Positions 25,438 through 41,347 are shown, numbered from the stretch's first letter. The stretch: 64,000 bases of DNA from Octopus vulgaris (GCA_951406725.2 OX597833.1:31682001-31746000), one strand, 5' to 3'. Notes: generated from the letters alone by a model not told the origin. Translations and numbers: made by a program.

Positions 25438-27944
25438 TTAAATGATGATGATATATGCATGTGTATTTTATAGCTCCAAGCAGGGGTGAAATACATATGT
25501 TAATGCACATTGTAAGACATTTGAATTCTGAAACATTTCAACTTAATATCGATACCTGTTGTTACATGTTGCATGTTTATATAATCTAGTTACCTTTTGA
25601 ATACTTTTTGATTCTAGGTTGAAAAAGAGTCAGCTTGTTTCCTTTAAATACATCAAGTTTCCAGAAGCACAACTTTGTCCTGGTATGATTTACTGTAGTC
25701 TGTACCATGAGTTGTTAACATTATATTCTATTGATGATAATCATTGTCAACAATCAGTTGCTTCAGTGGAACCAATTTCAGCCTACCCACCAAAATATAC
25801 TCCACTCAGATTATTTTTGTGGGGAGTAATATATTTTGTTTGCTTTGTGCCATGTCGTACTAAATTTACCCAAGTAAAGCTATAGTTGCATGTGTTCCTT
25901 TACATTCAGAAGTTTTATCAAGTTGACTAACCAATCTCTAGTTGTCATTTTAAAATCTTAACCAACATATAAAGTGTATGCAATTCTGCAACAATATTAA
26001 TGACGTGACATCTCCAAATTGGGATGGGTTTTTTTTTCTTTTTTTAAGAATTGTATCAAACATTATTTGTAATTGTTCTTCTTGCATTGGTTGTTAAATT
26101 GCAATCTTTAATAATATCTAGAATAACATTCAAAACTTGAGTGATTTTTGCATTTTGTTCATTATCAATATTTGTCAATTTATTTGATTTGCATGGGTTA
26201 GTATACCCTATTTACCACTAAGTCACAACTGTATGTTTTCTTGCTGAAGATTTTCAACATGTTTAATTGTTCTGTGAAACAGTGCTGTCTGTTTTAAGTC
26301 CCTATAATATTATTAACCAGTATTATTAACTCTTGCCAGAAAGAGAATGAAATATTGATTCAGTATTTGGAACTGGATAGGAATTTGATCAAATTCTTTC
26401 ATTTACACCTAGTTTCCATATATTCTGAGATCTCCATTTATTTTCACTTAGAGGGATCTTTTTTTAAAAAGGCCTTCATTAATTAGTTTCCTCAGCTTTG
26501 TTATAACTATTAGCTTTATCTGTATGACCTTAAGACAATACTTAAAAACAAGTCTTAAAACCTCTTTGTCTGTCCTTGAACTATCAATACTCATCACATC
26601 CATATCAAGCAATTCGTGATTTTTGCTTTATTCAAATATAACAGTACTCCCAGCATCTATACTCTCATAAACTTCCATTTATTTGTTAAACTTGCCTAAA
26701 ATTATGATCCATCAAACTGATTTACTTTGAGATTACACTATCTTAATATGGACCGACCAGATTTGAATTACTATAGTTACCTGACTAGCAGTTGTCAACT
26801 GGCATTTTAAAGTCTACATTATTGAGTTTCACATTGATCACTGTCATTCTGTTTTACACCAATTTCATAAATACTTGCAAACTCTTCACTTTCAAATACC
26901 TCACTTTATTTTTGTGGATTTACATGCTGCCTTAAAAGTGTTTCTTTTTTAATATTTAAAACATTTTACTAAATGCAAATTATATTTGTTTCCATCAACA
27001 CTGATATCAAGAACATACAATATATCTTCTTTACTTTTTTATTTGAAAATGAGAAACCATTTCAAGTTGTTGAATGAATTCAGTACATGCATTAAACTTC
27101 AGGTAATGTCATATGCTTTTACACAATGCTCAGATGATTGCATATAATGAATCTCATTTGAAAATCCCCAGCACATTGTCAATTTAGTTTCAGTTTTTTC
27201 AAATTCTCAAAAGGAGCTAATCACATAAGCTCTAAGAATAATTTTGAATTAACATGTTCAAGTCATGCTTTATTAAATTTTTTAAAATAATTTAAAGTTT
27301 ATTAGGATTTTTTTCACCATAGTTTATCTTGGATATTCACCAATCTTTCAACAATTTCATATCCTCTGCACCTTAGCCACATGATTTTTTTTAGTTCCAA
27401 GTGTTAGACGATTCTACAAATATTTGGATAGTAAATTAACTTATATATAAATAATTTCTCTAACCAAAGTTTTCATAAAAGGTATGAAGAGTGGAATTAG
27501 GATGAGTAGGATTATTAACTCATCCTAAACCGCATTTCTTTTATCTGGACCAAATCTATTCAGAAGACACTTTTACTGCAGTTACTTCCCTTGCAATAAA
27601 CTGCGATTTGATACAGAAAAACGTATTTGGACATTAGTAACCAACACATATAAATATACACATACATTGCTTCTACGTTCGTTTTTCCATCGCATAGTGG
27701 TGCTTTATCTGATGGAAGTAATCTGTAGTTGGGCACATCGAAATTTTTATCATAGTTTTTTTTGTGTAATGGCAGGATGCCCTTCTTATCACTGGTCCCT
27801 CTTAAATTGTTGATACCGCAATGATTTTTTTTATTTGCTTTGTTCTTAAAATTTTTATAAGAATTATATAACAACCTCATCATTTCCATATCACACGAGA
27901 ACTTCAGTATTTATTTTGTTTCATTACATATATATATATAATTG

Positions 27945-29200
27945 ATGTACCCTAAGATTATCCTTTAGCTGTGCACATAATGTAAAAACGATTTTAGTAG
28001 GTAGGCCTACACCCAAGGCAGAGGCAGGATGCTCATGCAGGAGTAACATAACTTGTCCGCTGAACGACCACTGCAACATGGAGACAGCTGTATATGAGGC
28101 AGAGGTAGCAGCTACAGGACCCAATAGACAACCGAGGGTGCGGAATGGAAGGCCCCTTCAGAACCTACTTTAACAACCAAAAGTCCTCCTTCAACATCCC
28201 AGAAAGACACAATGCCACAACCCTAGCTAAGCACTTTTGGTCTTTGAAAAGAAGTACCACAGAGTACAGCATAAAGTGGAAGATCCTTGAGAAGTTCAAA
28301 CCGTACTTCAATAGCAGCAGGAAGTGCAGGTTATGCCTGGCTGAGAAGAGAGCAATTTTAAAGGGTACCCAGTGTCTGAAAGTTTACCTGAATAGCAGGA
28401 GTGAGGTGTTTAATCCTTGCCCACATGAAAGGAAGTACATCCTATTGTACGCAATATGAATGTAACCACAGGGCCTTGGCCTTCCACCAATGCTCAGCAC
28501 ACATCAATGCACACACACACACACCCTTATAAGGTGGGCATCTCACAAAATAGACTCTCCCACCACCCCCAACTTATACCCCTTCATTTTATCCCCACAC
28601 ATATATAGACCTCCCCATATACATACCACATGCTCACATAAAACCCACCACCACACGCTAACATAAACCCCCCACGACCTTATCCTCTACAGAAAGCAAA
28701 CACTGATGAACACAGCTATATATACCTACACTCCTGAAAAAATTATGCATGTTATACCACTACACATATCACACACCCCAACCCCCACAGTAGCACCACA
28801 CTTAATAATGCATACTTACACCACAAACACTTCAAGATAACTCTTGTCAGCCTCACTGCATATCCAACCAAGAGACATAACTCCTAACCTGGCCCTTTTT
28901 TGTTTCACCACCTCTTTCACAGTATCCACTGACCGGTTGTGTTAATCCACCTCCGACAATAAAGAGCAGTCACTACATTCCCTTCCATATTGGTTAACTC
29001 TGATAAGTGTAAGGTTATATAATCGGATTGTTACCTAACACTCCATTGTATACCTTGCACAAAACCAATCGGTAAGATCAGCCGTGATGGGCTAATAATA
29101 GTATATATTTTGGATAATATATGAATATAATTTGCCTGACACCTGAAACAAGGAACTTTTATTGTAGCTCTTAAAATATTCACATCTACTCTATTTAATC
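27945..29200 (+). mobile_element. Penelope-like element 3' fragment (GIY-YIG endonuclease and pseudo-LTR)
   Basis: LRLSFSC...CSCRSNITCPLNDHC...VYEAEV, then EGPFRTYFNNQKSSF...TTLAKHFWSLK...IKWKIL...CRLCLAEK...LNSRSEVFNPCPH. Degraded hammerhead-like motif at 28992-29083. Confidence 0.85.
28992..29083 (+). ncRNA. Degraded type I hammerhead ribozyme-like motif
   Basis: GGTTAACT-CTGATAA-GTGTAAGG...CCTTGCAC-AAAA-CCAATCGG-TA-AGATCAGCC. The helix layout is intact, but the core has G-to-A changes relative to CTGATGA and GAAA. Confidence 0.55.
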
Positions 29201-29929
29201 ACAATAATGAAGTATTCACAAGGAAATGTGCAAATAAAGCTGTATGACGTCCTTTACCATAATTTACAACACATTTCTGACTTTGTAGAAAGATTTCTAC
29301 CAGCAACATGGGCAATAGCAACCCTGAGAATGTTAGCAATTCTAAGATTCCTAACCATATTGGGTTCACATAATGTGTGACATATGATATTCAATGTTGA
29401 TTAACCTCAGCTCAACACATTGAGTAGACTACTGATTGAAAGTTTCAACTGTGATCAGGGCTAGATTAAGACCCAGAAGCCCTAAGATGTTTGTGTCCCC
29501 ATATATATGTAATTCAAAATATAAATAAGAGTAAATCGTGCAATATATTTTTATTTCTCAAAATGAAACAAAACTAACAGTAAGATGTAGTTTTGCCACC
29601 AATGATCAATAACAAATCTATCTTCAATCTGACTGACTACCGCTCTCATCAAGCCAACCTTTTTAAATAGATTTTCCAGGAGACACTAAATTTGTTATAT
29701 ATTCTACTATAAGTAGTACTAGCTTAAAAGCTGACTTTTAAACTAGCTCCTGCGAAGGCAAAGCTAATGAGAGCTAAATAGCATGACTATAATGTGTCTA
29801 TAATGACTATATGCCCTAGTGGTGTTAAATCAGTTTTAAAATACAGACAGTCCTAATCTGTCATTAGTTTCTTAGATATAATAAAACGTAATGTGAGCCC
29901 TGTTGGTAAAGCAACAGAGTGGGAGTGAG

Positions 29930-30136
29930 AGGCAGTAAAGCAGGTGGACAGCTTTCAAAAGTTTTGCTCTAATCAAAATAAAACTGCAAACTTTCGCCAT
30001 AAATTATATTTATTGGTTTCACACAGACACAGATATTTAAATATATATATGAAATTAAATATTAAACACTTTTGCTTTAAAAATATTATCGTTCACATAA
30101 CATAGCCTATATATAAATGTTACATGAACGATAATA
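29930..30136. repeat. Dispersed repeat ending in a hairpin; second copy at about 49330-49535
   Basis: Shared GCAGGTG(G/A)ACAGC...AAAACTGC...ATGAAATTAAATAT..AACACTTTTG and the hairpin ATCGTTCA...TGAACGAT. Confidence 0.6.
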
Positions 30137-30359
30137 TACTTTCATTTTTTTCTTCTTTCATTTTAGTCCATTTTTCCATAATTGCCATTTCTGATACAAG
30201 CCATTATTTCCTTTTCCAACTAAAAGATAATGTATTTTAAAGATTTCATCAATCTAACAAATATGCGTGCACACATTTTCACACACATACACACATGTAT
30301 ATGTATGTGCAAAGGTGTTATATAAATGTTTACATATATATGTGTATCAACAAGAGAAT

Positions 30360-30401
<42 letters not shown>

Positions 30402-30403
30402 TA

Positions 30404-30796
30404 AGATCTTTTCGGTTTGAACGGCAGTTTTTTCTAGCGGTGTCATATGAAATTGTCACCCATAATTATGACTCTAGTATCAATCTATTGCATTTCAATC
30501 TGTTTTAGGGTTAGGGGGAAAAGGGAATCTTTTTTTTCTTCACAAATGTAAATAAACCCAATCTGTTTCTTAAACGAGGGACATTCATGCGGCACAGAAT
30601 GTTTTTTACCTCAATAGACGTCAGTGATTGGTTGAAATTGCAGAAAAAACAACAAATAACTTACAAACTATAGAATTTTCTCAATAAAGCCAAGAGAAAA
30701 GATGTTTCATAAACACATTCTACCAGTATACGAAGTTTAAAATTTTTTTTTACCTAGAAATTATGTTAAAAACTGCCGTTCAGACCGAAAAGATCC
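30404..30796. mobile_element. Merlin-like MITE, second copy in inverted orientation
   Basis: Same TIRs as 18498-18924 and a reverse-complement interior. Flanks CACACATA / CATACATA match at 7 of 8 positions. Confidence 0.88.
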
Positions 30797-30848
30797 CATA
30801 CATACACACACATACATATATATGTAATGTATGTATGTGTGCATATAT

Positions 30849-32495
30849 ATCATCATCATCATCGTTTAACGTCCGTTTTCCGTGCTAGCACGGGTTGGAC
30901 GGTTCGACCGGGGCCTGGGAGGCCAGGAGGCTGCACCAGGCTCCAGTTTGATCTGGCAGTGTTTCTACAGCTGGATGCCCTTCCTAATGCCAACCACTCC
31001 GTGAGTGTAGTGGGTGCTTTTTTCATGCCACTGGCACAGGTGCCAGGGGAGGCTGGCAGCGGTCATGATTGGTTGGTGCTTTTTATGTGCCACCGGCACA
31101 GAAGCCAGTCATGGCGGCGCTGGCATCGGCCACGTTCGGGGGTGCTTTTTACGTGCCACCGGCACAGCTATCACAACTACAATTTCCATTTGATATTTAC
31201 TTTGATGTTGATGTACTTGACTCAATATATCTCCTCAAGCACAGCAGGTCATGTGCCACCAGCACTGAAGCCAGTCAAGGCGGCACTGGCATCGGCCACA
31301 TTCGGATGGTGCTTTTTATGTGCCGCCGGTACAGGTATCGTAACTACAATTTCCATTTGTTGTTTATTTTGATATTGATGTACTTGACTCAATAGGTCTC
31401 CTCAAGCACAGCAGGTCACCCTACGATCTAAGGTAAGCACAGCAGGTCATTCTGCAATCCAAGGTACTTTGGATGGGCTGGGGCTATGCGAAACTGGTGC
31501 AGGAAGCAACCCGGGTCTTTGCAGACACAGCATATCTCTAGAGATCTCTGTCTTTTCGTCATTGCCTCTGTAAGGCCCAACGTTCAAAGGTCATGCTTGA
31601 CTACCTCATCCCGTGTCTTCTTGGGTCTACCTCTCCCCCTGATACCTTCAACTGTTTGGGAGTGGCACTTCTTCACACATCTCTCCTCATCCATCTGCAG
31701 TACATGACCATACCAGCGCAAACGTCTCTCTTGCACACCACATCTGATGCTTCTTAGGTCCAGCATTTCTCTCAGGGTGCTTACACTCTGTTGTGTGTGC
31801 ACACTGACATTACACATCCAGCGGATCATGCTAGCTTCATTTCTTTCAAGTCTACACATGTCCTCTGCAGTCACAGACCATGTTTCACTACCGTGAAGCA
31901 TGGCAGTTCGCACACATGCATCGTACAATCTACCTTTCACTCAGAGCGAGAGACCCTTTGTCACCAGTAGGTGTAGGAGCTTTCTAAACTTTGCCCAGGC
32001 TATTCGTATTCTAATGGTGACACTCTTTGAGCATCCACCTCCACTACTAACTTGGTCACCTAGGTAGTGGAAACTATCAACTACTTCCAGTTTCTCCCCC
32101 TGGAGTGTGATGGAATCTGTTTTCTGAGTATCTGTGGTGTCTGTTGCCCCTGTGCATCTGCTGCACATGAAAGCTATCTCATCAGTTAATTTTCCTTTGA
32201 TGTTGCTGCACCTCTTATGCGTCCATAGCTTACAATGAGTACATCTTATGGAGTTTCTAACTACACCTTTTCTACAGATTGAGCAGGGCCACCTGCCCGA
32301 GGAGGTGTGTGATGAGGTCGCCTTTCTGCTTACTATAACTTTGGTCTTTGTTACATTTACTCTAAGGCCCTTTGATTCCAAACCTAGCTTCCACACCCGA
32401 AATTTCTTTTCTAGTTCCGGTAGTGATTCTGCTATGAGGGCCAGGTCATCAGCATAGAGGAGCTCCCAGGGGCAACCCGTCTTGAATTCCTCTGT
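30849..32495 (-). mobile_element. 5'-truncated RTE LINE
   Basis: ORFs 31941-32549 and 31584-31940 (ELLYADDLAL, LHGSETW, RRLRWYGHV, RGRGRPKK), minisatellite 3'UTR and (GAT)n tail. Confidence 0.93.
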
Positions 32496-32516
32496 ATGTA
32501 TATATATATACATATA

Positions 32517-34109
<1,593 letters not shown>

Positions 34110-34130
<21 letters not shown>

Positions 34131-35143
34131 TGAGATTGTGTGTCTGTCTGTCTGTGTGTTTCCCTAAAACTTGAGAACTACACAACCAATTTCATTTAAA
34201 TTTTACACATGCCTTACTTAAGGTCCGGGGAGTGTAATCGGCAAAACAATCTTAACTTTTTCCCTAGGGCGACCCCACAGCAATATCATATCTTCTCCAC
34301 TATTTCAGTATTACGTGTTAAAAGTGAAACAAAAACATCTTTCTTTTGTAACGCAGACACTTTCATTTTAATACTGAAACTAATAAAGTGAAAGTATTAT
34401 ATAACAGGGATGAACCATTAACAAGTGGTCATCCATTTTGCTAGAAGATCCGCTATGGTCTTATATGCTACACCACTGGTTTTCAATTCATATTAATCAA
34501 ATTAATATTCAATTTTGCACCCTTATTATGTGTGTGTATTAGCAATACATAGCATGTATTAGCAATTCATATAAAAATGCATCAATACCTTGAACTTGAA
34601 TAAGTGGTTTCACATAAATGGGGATACATTAAAAAGGTTTGTTATTATTATTACTGTTTGACTAATGTAATCACGTTTGTTGGTTCCTCGTCAGGGAAAC
34701 GTTGTTGTGTTGCATTTGTTAAATAATTGTAAACCGTAACCCTCCCCCTTTCGGAGAAAGGGCTTTGGTTATTGTTTAAAAATTGAATAGTGACTCTGTT
34801 TGGGGAAATTGACAATATTTTCACCGTCTTTACGGAAGCATTTTTCTTAAAATTCCTTCGATAGAAGAAAGTCCAAAAATGAATTTCGCTGCAGTCGTAC
34901 ACTTCTATACAAGAGGGAGGACAAGATCCAATTGATCAAAATTGCAAGAGACAGGCCTACAATTCCAGTCTGTTATATATTTTGAGTATTGTTATCACTA
35001 GCGATATCAAGATATAACTTTGTATTTTGTATTTTATGTGTAGATGTCTATATATAGATGTACATGTAATATGTACACATATATATACACATATATACAT
35101 GCATGATATATCTACCTATACACACATACGCACACATACACAC

Positions 35144-35174
<31 letters not shown>

Positions 35175-36385
35175 TACATAGGGGCAGGTGTGGCTGTGTG
35201 GTAACAAACTACGTTCCAAACACATGGTCCTGGGTTCAGTCCCACTGTGTGTTGACTTGGAAGGACAGCATATGTTCAAAAAGATTTCCAAGGAGGTTCC
35301 TACAAGAAACTCAGACAGGTGCTGATGGGTATCCATCATACAGACGCAGAAAACCAGAAGACGGAGGTTTCACAGCAACTATCGGACAGCACGATATTGA
35401 TAATAGATGGATTGTTCCATACTGCCAAACTCCTGTCAAAGACTTTCAATGCCCACATCAACGTTGAGTTTTGCAACTCCATCAAGTACGTTTGCAAATA
35501 TGTAAACAAGGGTTCTGATGCTGCAATGTTTGGACTTCAGCAAGAATACTGCCAGGATGAGGTGACGCATTATCAGGTGGGACGGTACATAAGTAGCAAC
35601 GAGGCTTTCTAGCGCATCTTTGGCTTTCCAATTCACCAACGACACCCCGCCATTCAACAGCTTGCAGTGCACCTGGAAAAAAGAGTGTACTTCCCCGATG
35701 CTAATGCTTCTCTGTTGGCAGATGAACCAAGGGATAGCACATTCACTGCATTCTTCAAGCTTTGTCAAGTGGAACGATTCGCCCAAACCTTGCTGTATCC
35801 ATAGATTCCATCGTGCTACACTTGGAATGGAAAAAAATGGGCCCCACGGAAAGCAGGTCAAAATGTTCATGGATACCCTGGCATTACGTTTTACACTTGC
35901 CTTGGGCGAGTATACACAGTGCATCCCACTCAACAAGAGTGCTTCTACCGTTGTCTACTACTGCATGAGGTCAGAGGGCCGTCTTTCCAGGCCCTAAAAC
36001 CGTTCATGGACATGTCTGCACAACATACAGAGAAGCCTGCTCTCGACAAGGTCTGTTAGAAGATTGTGCACAATGGGATGCAAATTTAGGAGAGGCTGCT
36101 TTAACACAATCACCTAAAAGTCTTAGGGCACTATTTGCATTATTACTACAAGCATGCGAACTGTGTGATCCGGCCACTCTATGGCTCAAATATAGAGATA
36201 ACCTGTCTGAAGATTTTCAGCGCCAAGCTCAACTGCTCTATCCTGACATGGAGGGTATCAGCAATGAAATCTATAACAAAACACTCATTGACATTGAAGA
36301 CAGAATTGCTAAACTGGGTGGAAATGAATTGTCAACGTATGGCCTGCCACAAGCATTCAGGTCAGGGTCAAATAGCCTTCCCACT
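34110..36385 (+). mobile_element. Helitron remnant with Rep-domain pseudogene
   Basis: 5' TATATAAAA...(GTCT)n signature. 35265-36370 encodes CSKRFP...DGYPSYRRR...DNRWIVPY, HINVEFCNSIKYVCKYVNKGSD (catalytic Tyr motif) and GRYISSNEA, with frameshifts. A SINE B head sits at 35180-35262. Confidence 0.85.
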
Positions 36386-36439
36386 ATTAAAATTAATTAG
36401 TTTTACCCTTTTATTATTGACAATATATGTATATATATG

Positions 36440-36516
<77 letters not shown>

Positions 36517-36537
36517 GTATGTATGTATATATGTATG

Positions 36538-37374
36538 TATTCTCTCATTATTCTGTCTAGTTCTGTAACATGCCATTCATGTAAATATACTTTTCGTTTA
36601 GTCTTGTCTTCCTGTTGCTCCCGAAGATAACCTTATATTCATTGATTCACTTAACTATTAAAGTCTTAACACTCAGCCACTTATCCTTCCCCTAAAATTT
36701 TTTTTTGTCAGGTTTTTCAAACCTACTTTCTTGGTCTCGCGATTAGCAGAACCTCTTCCTAGCTAGATTGCCTGACGAACTCAGATTTTACTTTTTCAAG
36801 TCTATCTTAAATATTAAATATTATCGATACTACCGTCTCGTTTCAACCACGCCAGTCAGAGCCCCTCTTGCGGTTTCCTCCCATGTGTTTCTTGACCACT
36901 TCTCTCTCCCTCTCTAACTAACCCTGTCCCTCTCCCTATGTTTCTCTATGTCTCCCTCTTTCCGTAACCACCATCGCCATAGTATAAACTAGCGAACGCA
37001 TGATCAGGAATTCCACTCGCTTCCTAACCCCTACCGAAGAATAACGGACCGCTCATGAACGGATAAAAGTTAAGAATCCTTCTTTCAACCTCGCTTCTTC
37101 TACCTACTATCTTTGCACATATCATCATTATTCTTTCATTATTCTTCATTATTCTCTCATTATTCTGTCTAGTTCAGTAACATGCCATTCATGTAAATAT
37201 ACTTTTCGTTTAGTCTTGTCTTCCTGTTGCTCCCGAAGATAACCTTATATTCATTGATTCACTTAACTATTAAAGTCTTATCACACAGCCACTTATCTTT
37301 CCCCTAAAATTTGTCTTTCTCAGATTTTTCAAACCTACTTTCTTGGTCTCGCGATTAGCAGAACCTCTTCCTAG
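36538..37374. repeat. 225-bp direct repeat pair (36538-36762 and 37150-37374)
   Basis: Near-identical sequence read directly, with a period of 612 bp. Confidence 0.9.
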
Positions 37375-37638
37375 TTACTGGTGCACCCCCTTTACCACTC
37401 CTCCCTCCCACCCATGCCCTCCCACTCTCCCTCCCACCCATGCCCTCCCACCTCTCACACACATGCTGGAAGTTCCTATTCTTTGCCATCCTTGGGTTGC
37501 CTCCCATGAAGACTGCAAAAGCCCTTTCACCATCCCCACCCCTAGTCTCGGCCTATCACCTATGTAAGGTAATGTTCATACAGTGCAACATATGAAAGGG
37601 TAGTGTTATGCAGGTTGAACTGAAGGCTACTGTATTGC

Positions 37639-39298
37639 TTGCTCATGAATTCTGCCAAATGCCAGTTTTCTTTTCAGGTACATGAAGCTACTGTCCACCG
37701 TCCCAGGGTCTCTAGGGTCTATACCTCCCACACCCTCAGGGTTGGCACCCTCAACATTGGCACACTCAAAGGTAGGTCTGGCGAGATAGTCGAGAGGCTT
37801 GAACAGAGATGTGTTGATATATGTTGCATCCAAGAATTAAGGTGGAGAGGAGGTTCTGCTAGGTTCCTCACAGGCAAAGAACATAGGTACAAGATTTTCT
37901 GGGCCGGGAACACTGACGGGGTTGGGGGCGTGGGTATACTTCTCACTCAAAAATGGGTAGATAAGGTAATTGAAGTAATCAGAGTATTTGACAGAATACT
38001 AAAGATTAGATTAGTGCTTCATCATGGATTAGCAACCATTATATCGGCCTATGCTCCTCAGCCGGGGCTACCAGATGGACAGAAAGACCGATTCTATGAC
38101 ACCCTACTGCAGACTACCTCATTGATGAATGATAGAGACCTTCTCTTTGTGGCTGGTGACTTCAATGGGCATGTTGGACAACATGCTGGGGGCTTCCATG
38201 GAGGCTATGGTTATGGTTCCTGCAACGAGGAGGGAACCAGGCTGCTGGAGTTCTGCGATGCAAATGATCTTATGGTTTGCAACACTAACTTCAGGAAACC
38301 TACCAGCCAACTACTCACCTACCGATCTGGCCAACATACCAGTCAAATTGACTACATCCTTGCCAGGAAAAGGGAAAGATGGCTGCTTATAAATGCCAAA
38401 ACCTTCCCAGGCGAAGAATGTACCCCACAACATAGACTGGTAGTTAGTGACTTTAGGATCAGGACTAAGGACGACCAACTTGGAGAAGAAGGATCTGGAA
38501 GCTTAAAGATCCTGCGAATGGACAGAGATTTAGGAACATGTTACTTGAAGCTTTTGACGAAGTAGAAGGGGATAGAGCTTCACAATGTTGTAGACAGGGC
38601 TGTTAGAGAAAAGAGACAGGCTTGAAAAGACTGGAAGAATGGTGGTTGCAGGGTATTGTATCAGACTGCGAAAAGAGAAGCTAGGAGACAGGTCTATTTA
38701 GCCAGAGGGGAAGCAGATAAGAAAAAAATTTGCCAATATTCTGCACCGAGAGGACCAAAGACTTGAGGTATTTCGTGTTGCAAGACAGTGTGTGAGAGAG
38801 AATCGTGATGTGGTTGGAGAGAAATGTGTTCGCATGGAAGATGGTTCACTTGCGCTAAATGAGAATGCAAACAGAGAGGTTTGGAGACGCCACTATGAAC
38901 GGTTGCTGAATAAAGAAAATGAATGGGATAATGAGAGTCTGCCGAATGTCGACCCAACAGAGGGACCAGCTATCTGAATTGAAAGTTCCTTGGTAGTTAA
39001 GGCAATTAGAAGCATGAAGACAGGGAAAGCCCTAGGCCCATCAGGAATAACTGCAGAGATGCTCAAAATATCTAGTAGTGTCGGCTATAGCCTAGTCACC
39101 CGTATAGTTAATCAGGTGATACACGAAGAAGTCATACCCAATGACTGGTGTAGCAGCATAATAGTCAACTGCTACAAAGGTAAAGGTGACGCCCTAGATA
39201 CAAATAATTACAGAGGTCTCAAGCTGTTGGATCAGGTAATGAAGGTTACGGAGAGGGTCATAGCCCAACTAATTAGAGAGAGAGTTAGTTTAGATGAG
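37639..39298 (+). mobile_element. RTE LINE 5' portion (APE endonuclease and start of RT), 3'-truncated
   Basis: VGTLNIGTL, CCIQELRW, GVGILL, IISAYAP, AGDFNGHVG, SQIDYIL and QHRLVV, then KALGPSGITAEML...YKGKGD...NYRGLKLL. Confidence 0.93.
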
Positions 39299-39393
39299 AA
39301 TGCCGTTTCTGGATTAGTTGGATATAGAGATCAACATTTCCGTCATCAGAAATGTTTATCTCTATATCCAACTAATCCAGAAACGGCGTTCTC
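39296..39393. repeat. Fold-back palindrome (about 45-bp arms, 8-nt loop)
   Basis: GAGAATGCCGTTTCTGGATTAGTTGGATATAGAGATCAACATTTC is followed by its reverse complement with two mismatches. Confidence 0.9.
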
Positions 39394-39844
39394 AAGTAAT
39401 CAATGTACGTGTGATCTTTCATTATTTTTCCCTCTATACCTGCGTGAATTATTTTTGAGTCTACATTGTCTGGGAGACTTTTCTTATAGTAGAGGAAATA
39501 GCTAAAATTTTTTGGCTGCTATTTCTAAAAGTTCAGTGTGTGGTAAAGTAAATTATTTTACTGAACCCTAATTATATAACGTAATGTTTTAGATATACCG
39601 TAAATGGTTTTTTACATACTGAACACTACTTAGTAAAATTATTAATTAATAATTAATTAATTTTACCCATTTATTATTGACTATATATATATTGTATATA
39701 TATTGCTGCTTCAGTGGACTAGTAGGCATGGGTGTTGAGAAGTAGTAATACAACACATAGGTGGTGGTTTCAAATTCTTTCCCAAAATTACAAGAGATTT
39801 AGTTAAAAATTTTTTACATCTGTACATCACCCCCAATACTTCTA

Positions 39845-39851
39845 ACATATA

Positions 39852-39908
<57 letters not shown>

Positions 39909-39931
39909 ATATATGTATATATGTATGTATA

Positions 39932-39962
<31 letters not shown>

Positions 39963-39987
39963 GCATATATATATACACATATATACA

Positions 39988-40044
<57 letters not shown>

Positions 40045-40077
40045 ATATACACACACACACACACATATATATATATG
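39845..40077. repeat. (TA)n/(TATG)n/(CA)n microsatellite
   Basis: Read directly. Confidence 0.95.
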
Positions 40078-41347
40078 GCTACTAAATGGCTCAAATGTGG
40101 ATGTGATATATCTCGACTTTGCAAAAGCCTCTGATAAAGTTGACCATGGCATGATTTGTCACAAACTGCGTGGTCTTGGCATAGGCGGAAAACTTGGAGA
40201 GTGGCTGCACAACTTCCTAAAAGATAGAAGGCAGGCAGTTGTGGTCAATGGAGCCACCTCCAAGGAAACACAAATAACAAGCGGTGTTCCACAGACACTG
40301 TCTTGGGGCCACTGATGTTCATAGTGGCCCTTTCAGACATGCCCTCAGTTGCTCAGATGGCCACCCTTGCTAGCTATGCAGATGACACAAAAGTCTCCCA
40401 CACAATACAAACCCTGGAAATATTGCACATCTGCAACAGGAGTTGGATACAATATACAGGTGGGCTGAGGACAACAACATGCAGTTTAATGCAGGTAAGT
40501 TCCACACCCTGCGCTACCAGCACACAAAGGTAAACGACATGCAGACTGGATACACTGGCCCGGGAAGAATTGTAATCCCTGAGTCAAAATCAGTGCGTGA
40601 CCTGGGCATTGACATGAGCAATGATGCATCTTTCCAAGTGCATATTACTAATTTGGTGATTAAATGCAGACGGCTAGCTGGATGGATTCTCCGAACTTTC
40701 AGAACAAGAGAGAAGGAGACACTGATGGTCCTGTGGAAAACTTTCATCCTCAGCCGCTTGGACTACTGCTCCCAACTATGGTCACCACACAATATAAAGC
40801 TAACAGTAAAACTTGAAGCAATTCAGAGAAGCTACACTAAGAAGATCGTCTCAATGCAACATATCAGTTACTGGGAAAGACTGAAAGTATTAAAACTCTT
40901 CTCCCTAGAGCGGAGGCGGGGAGAGATATGTGGTGATATACATCTGGAAAATCCTGGAGGGTCTTGAACCAAACTTTGGCATTCAAAGTTACCCCAACCG
41001 CAGAACGGGGCGCCACTGTATGGTGCCAAAGATTCCAACATCACTATCAAAATACAGGACCAGATACTGCAACAGCTTGGATTTCAGAGGACCACAGCTC
41101 TTCAACATCCTCCCTAAATGCCTGAGAGATTTGCATGGTGTGGATGTGGGTTTCTTTAAAACTAAACTGGATCTCTTCTTGTCGGGGGTCCCAAATGAAC
41201 CTACCTCACGGCAGGAGACACAGATGCGGGCAGCGGCATCAGACTCCCTTGTTGACCAAGTGCCACGTATCAGAGGTGGATTCATATATTAGTGTAGTTC
41301 ATTCAGCGGTGGTACCCCAGCATGGACGCAGCCCTCGGGCTGAAACA
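40078..41347 (+). mobile_element. 5'-truncated CR1/L2-group LINE (RT pseudogene)
   Basis: [44 protein letters not shown] and YWERLKVLKLFSLERRR motifs. Tail GGTGGTACCCCAGCATGG...GCTGAAAC. Confidence 0.9.

Noticed and set aside
25740-25840. PPKYTPLRLFLWGV peptide resembling Tc1-family SPDLTPLDFFLWG
   Set aside because: A single short degenerate motif with no TIRs or other transposase motifs found.
34685-34725. Minus-strand CTGACGA-GG-AA-CC motif
   Set aside because: No GAAA or stem III at the required position.
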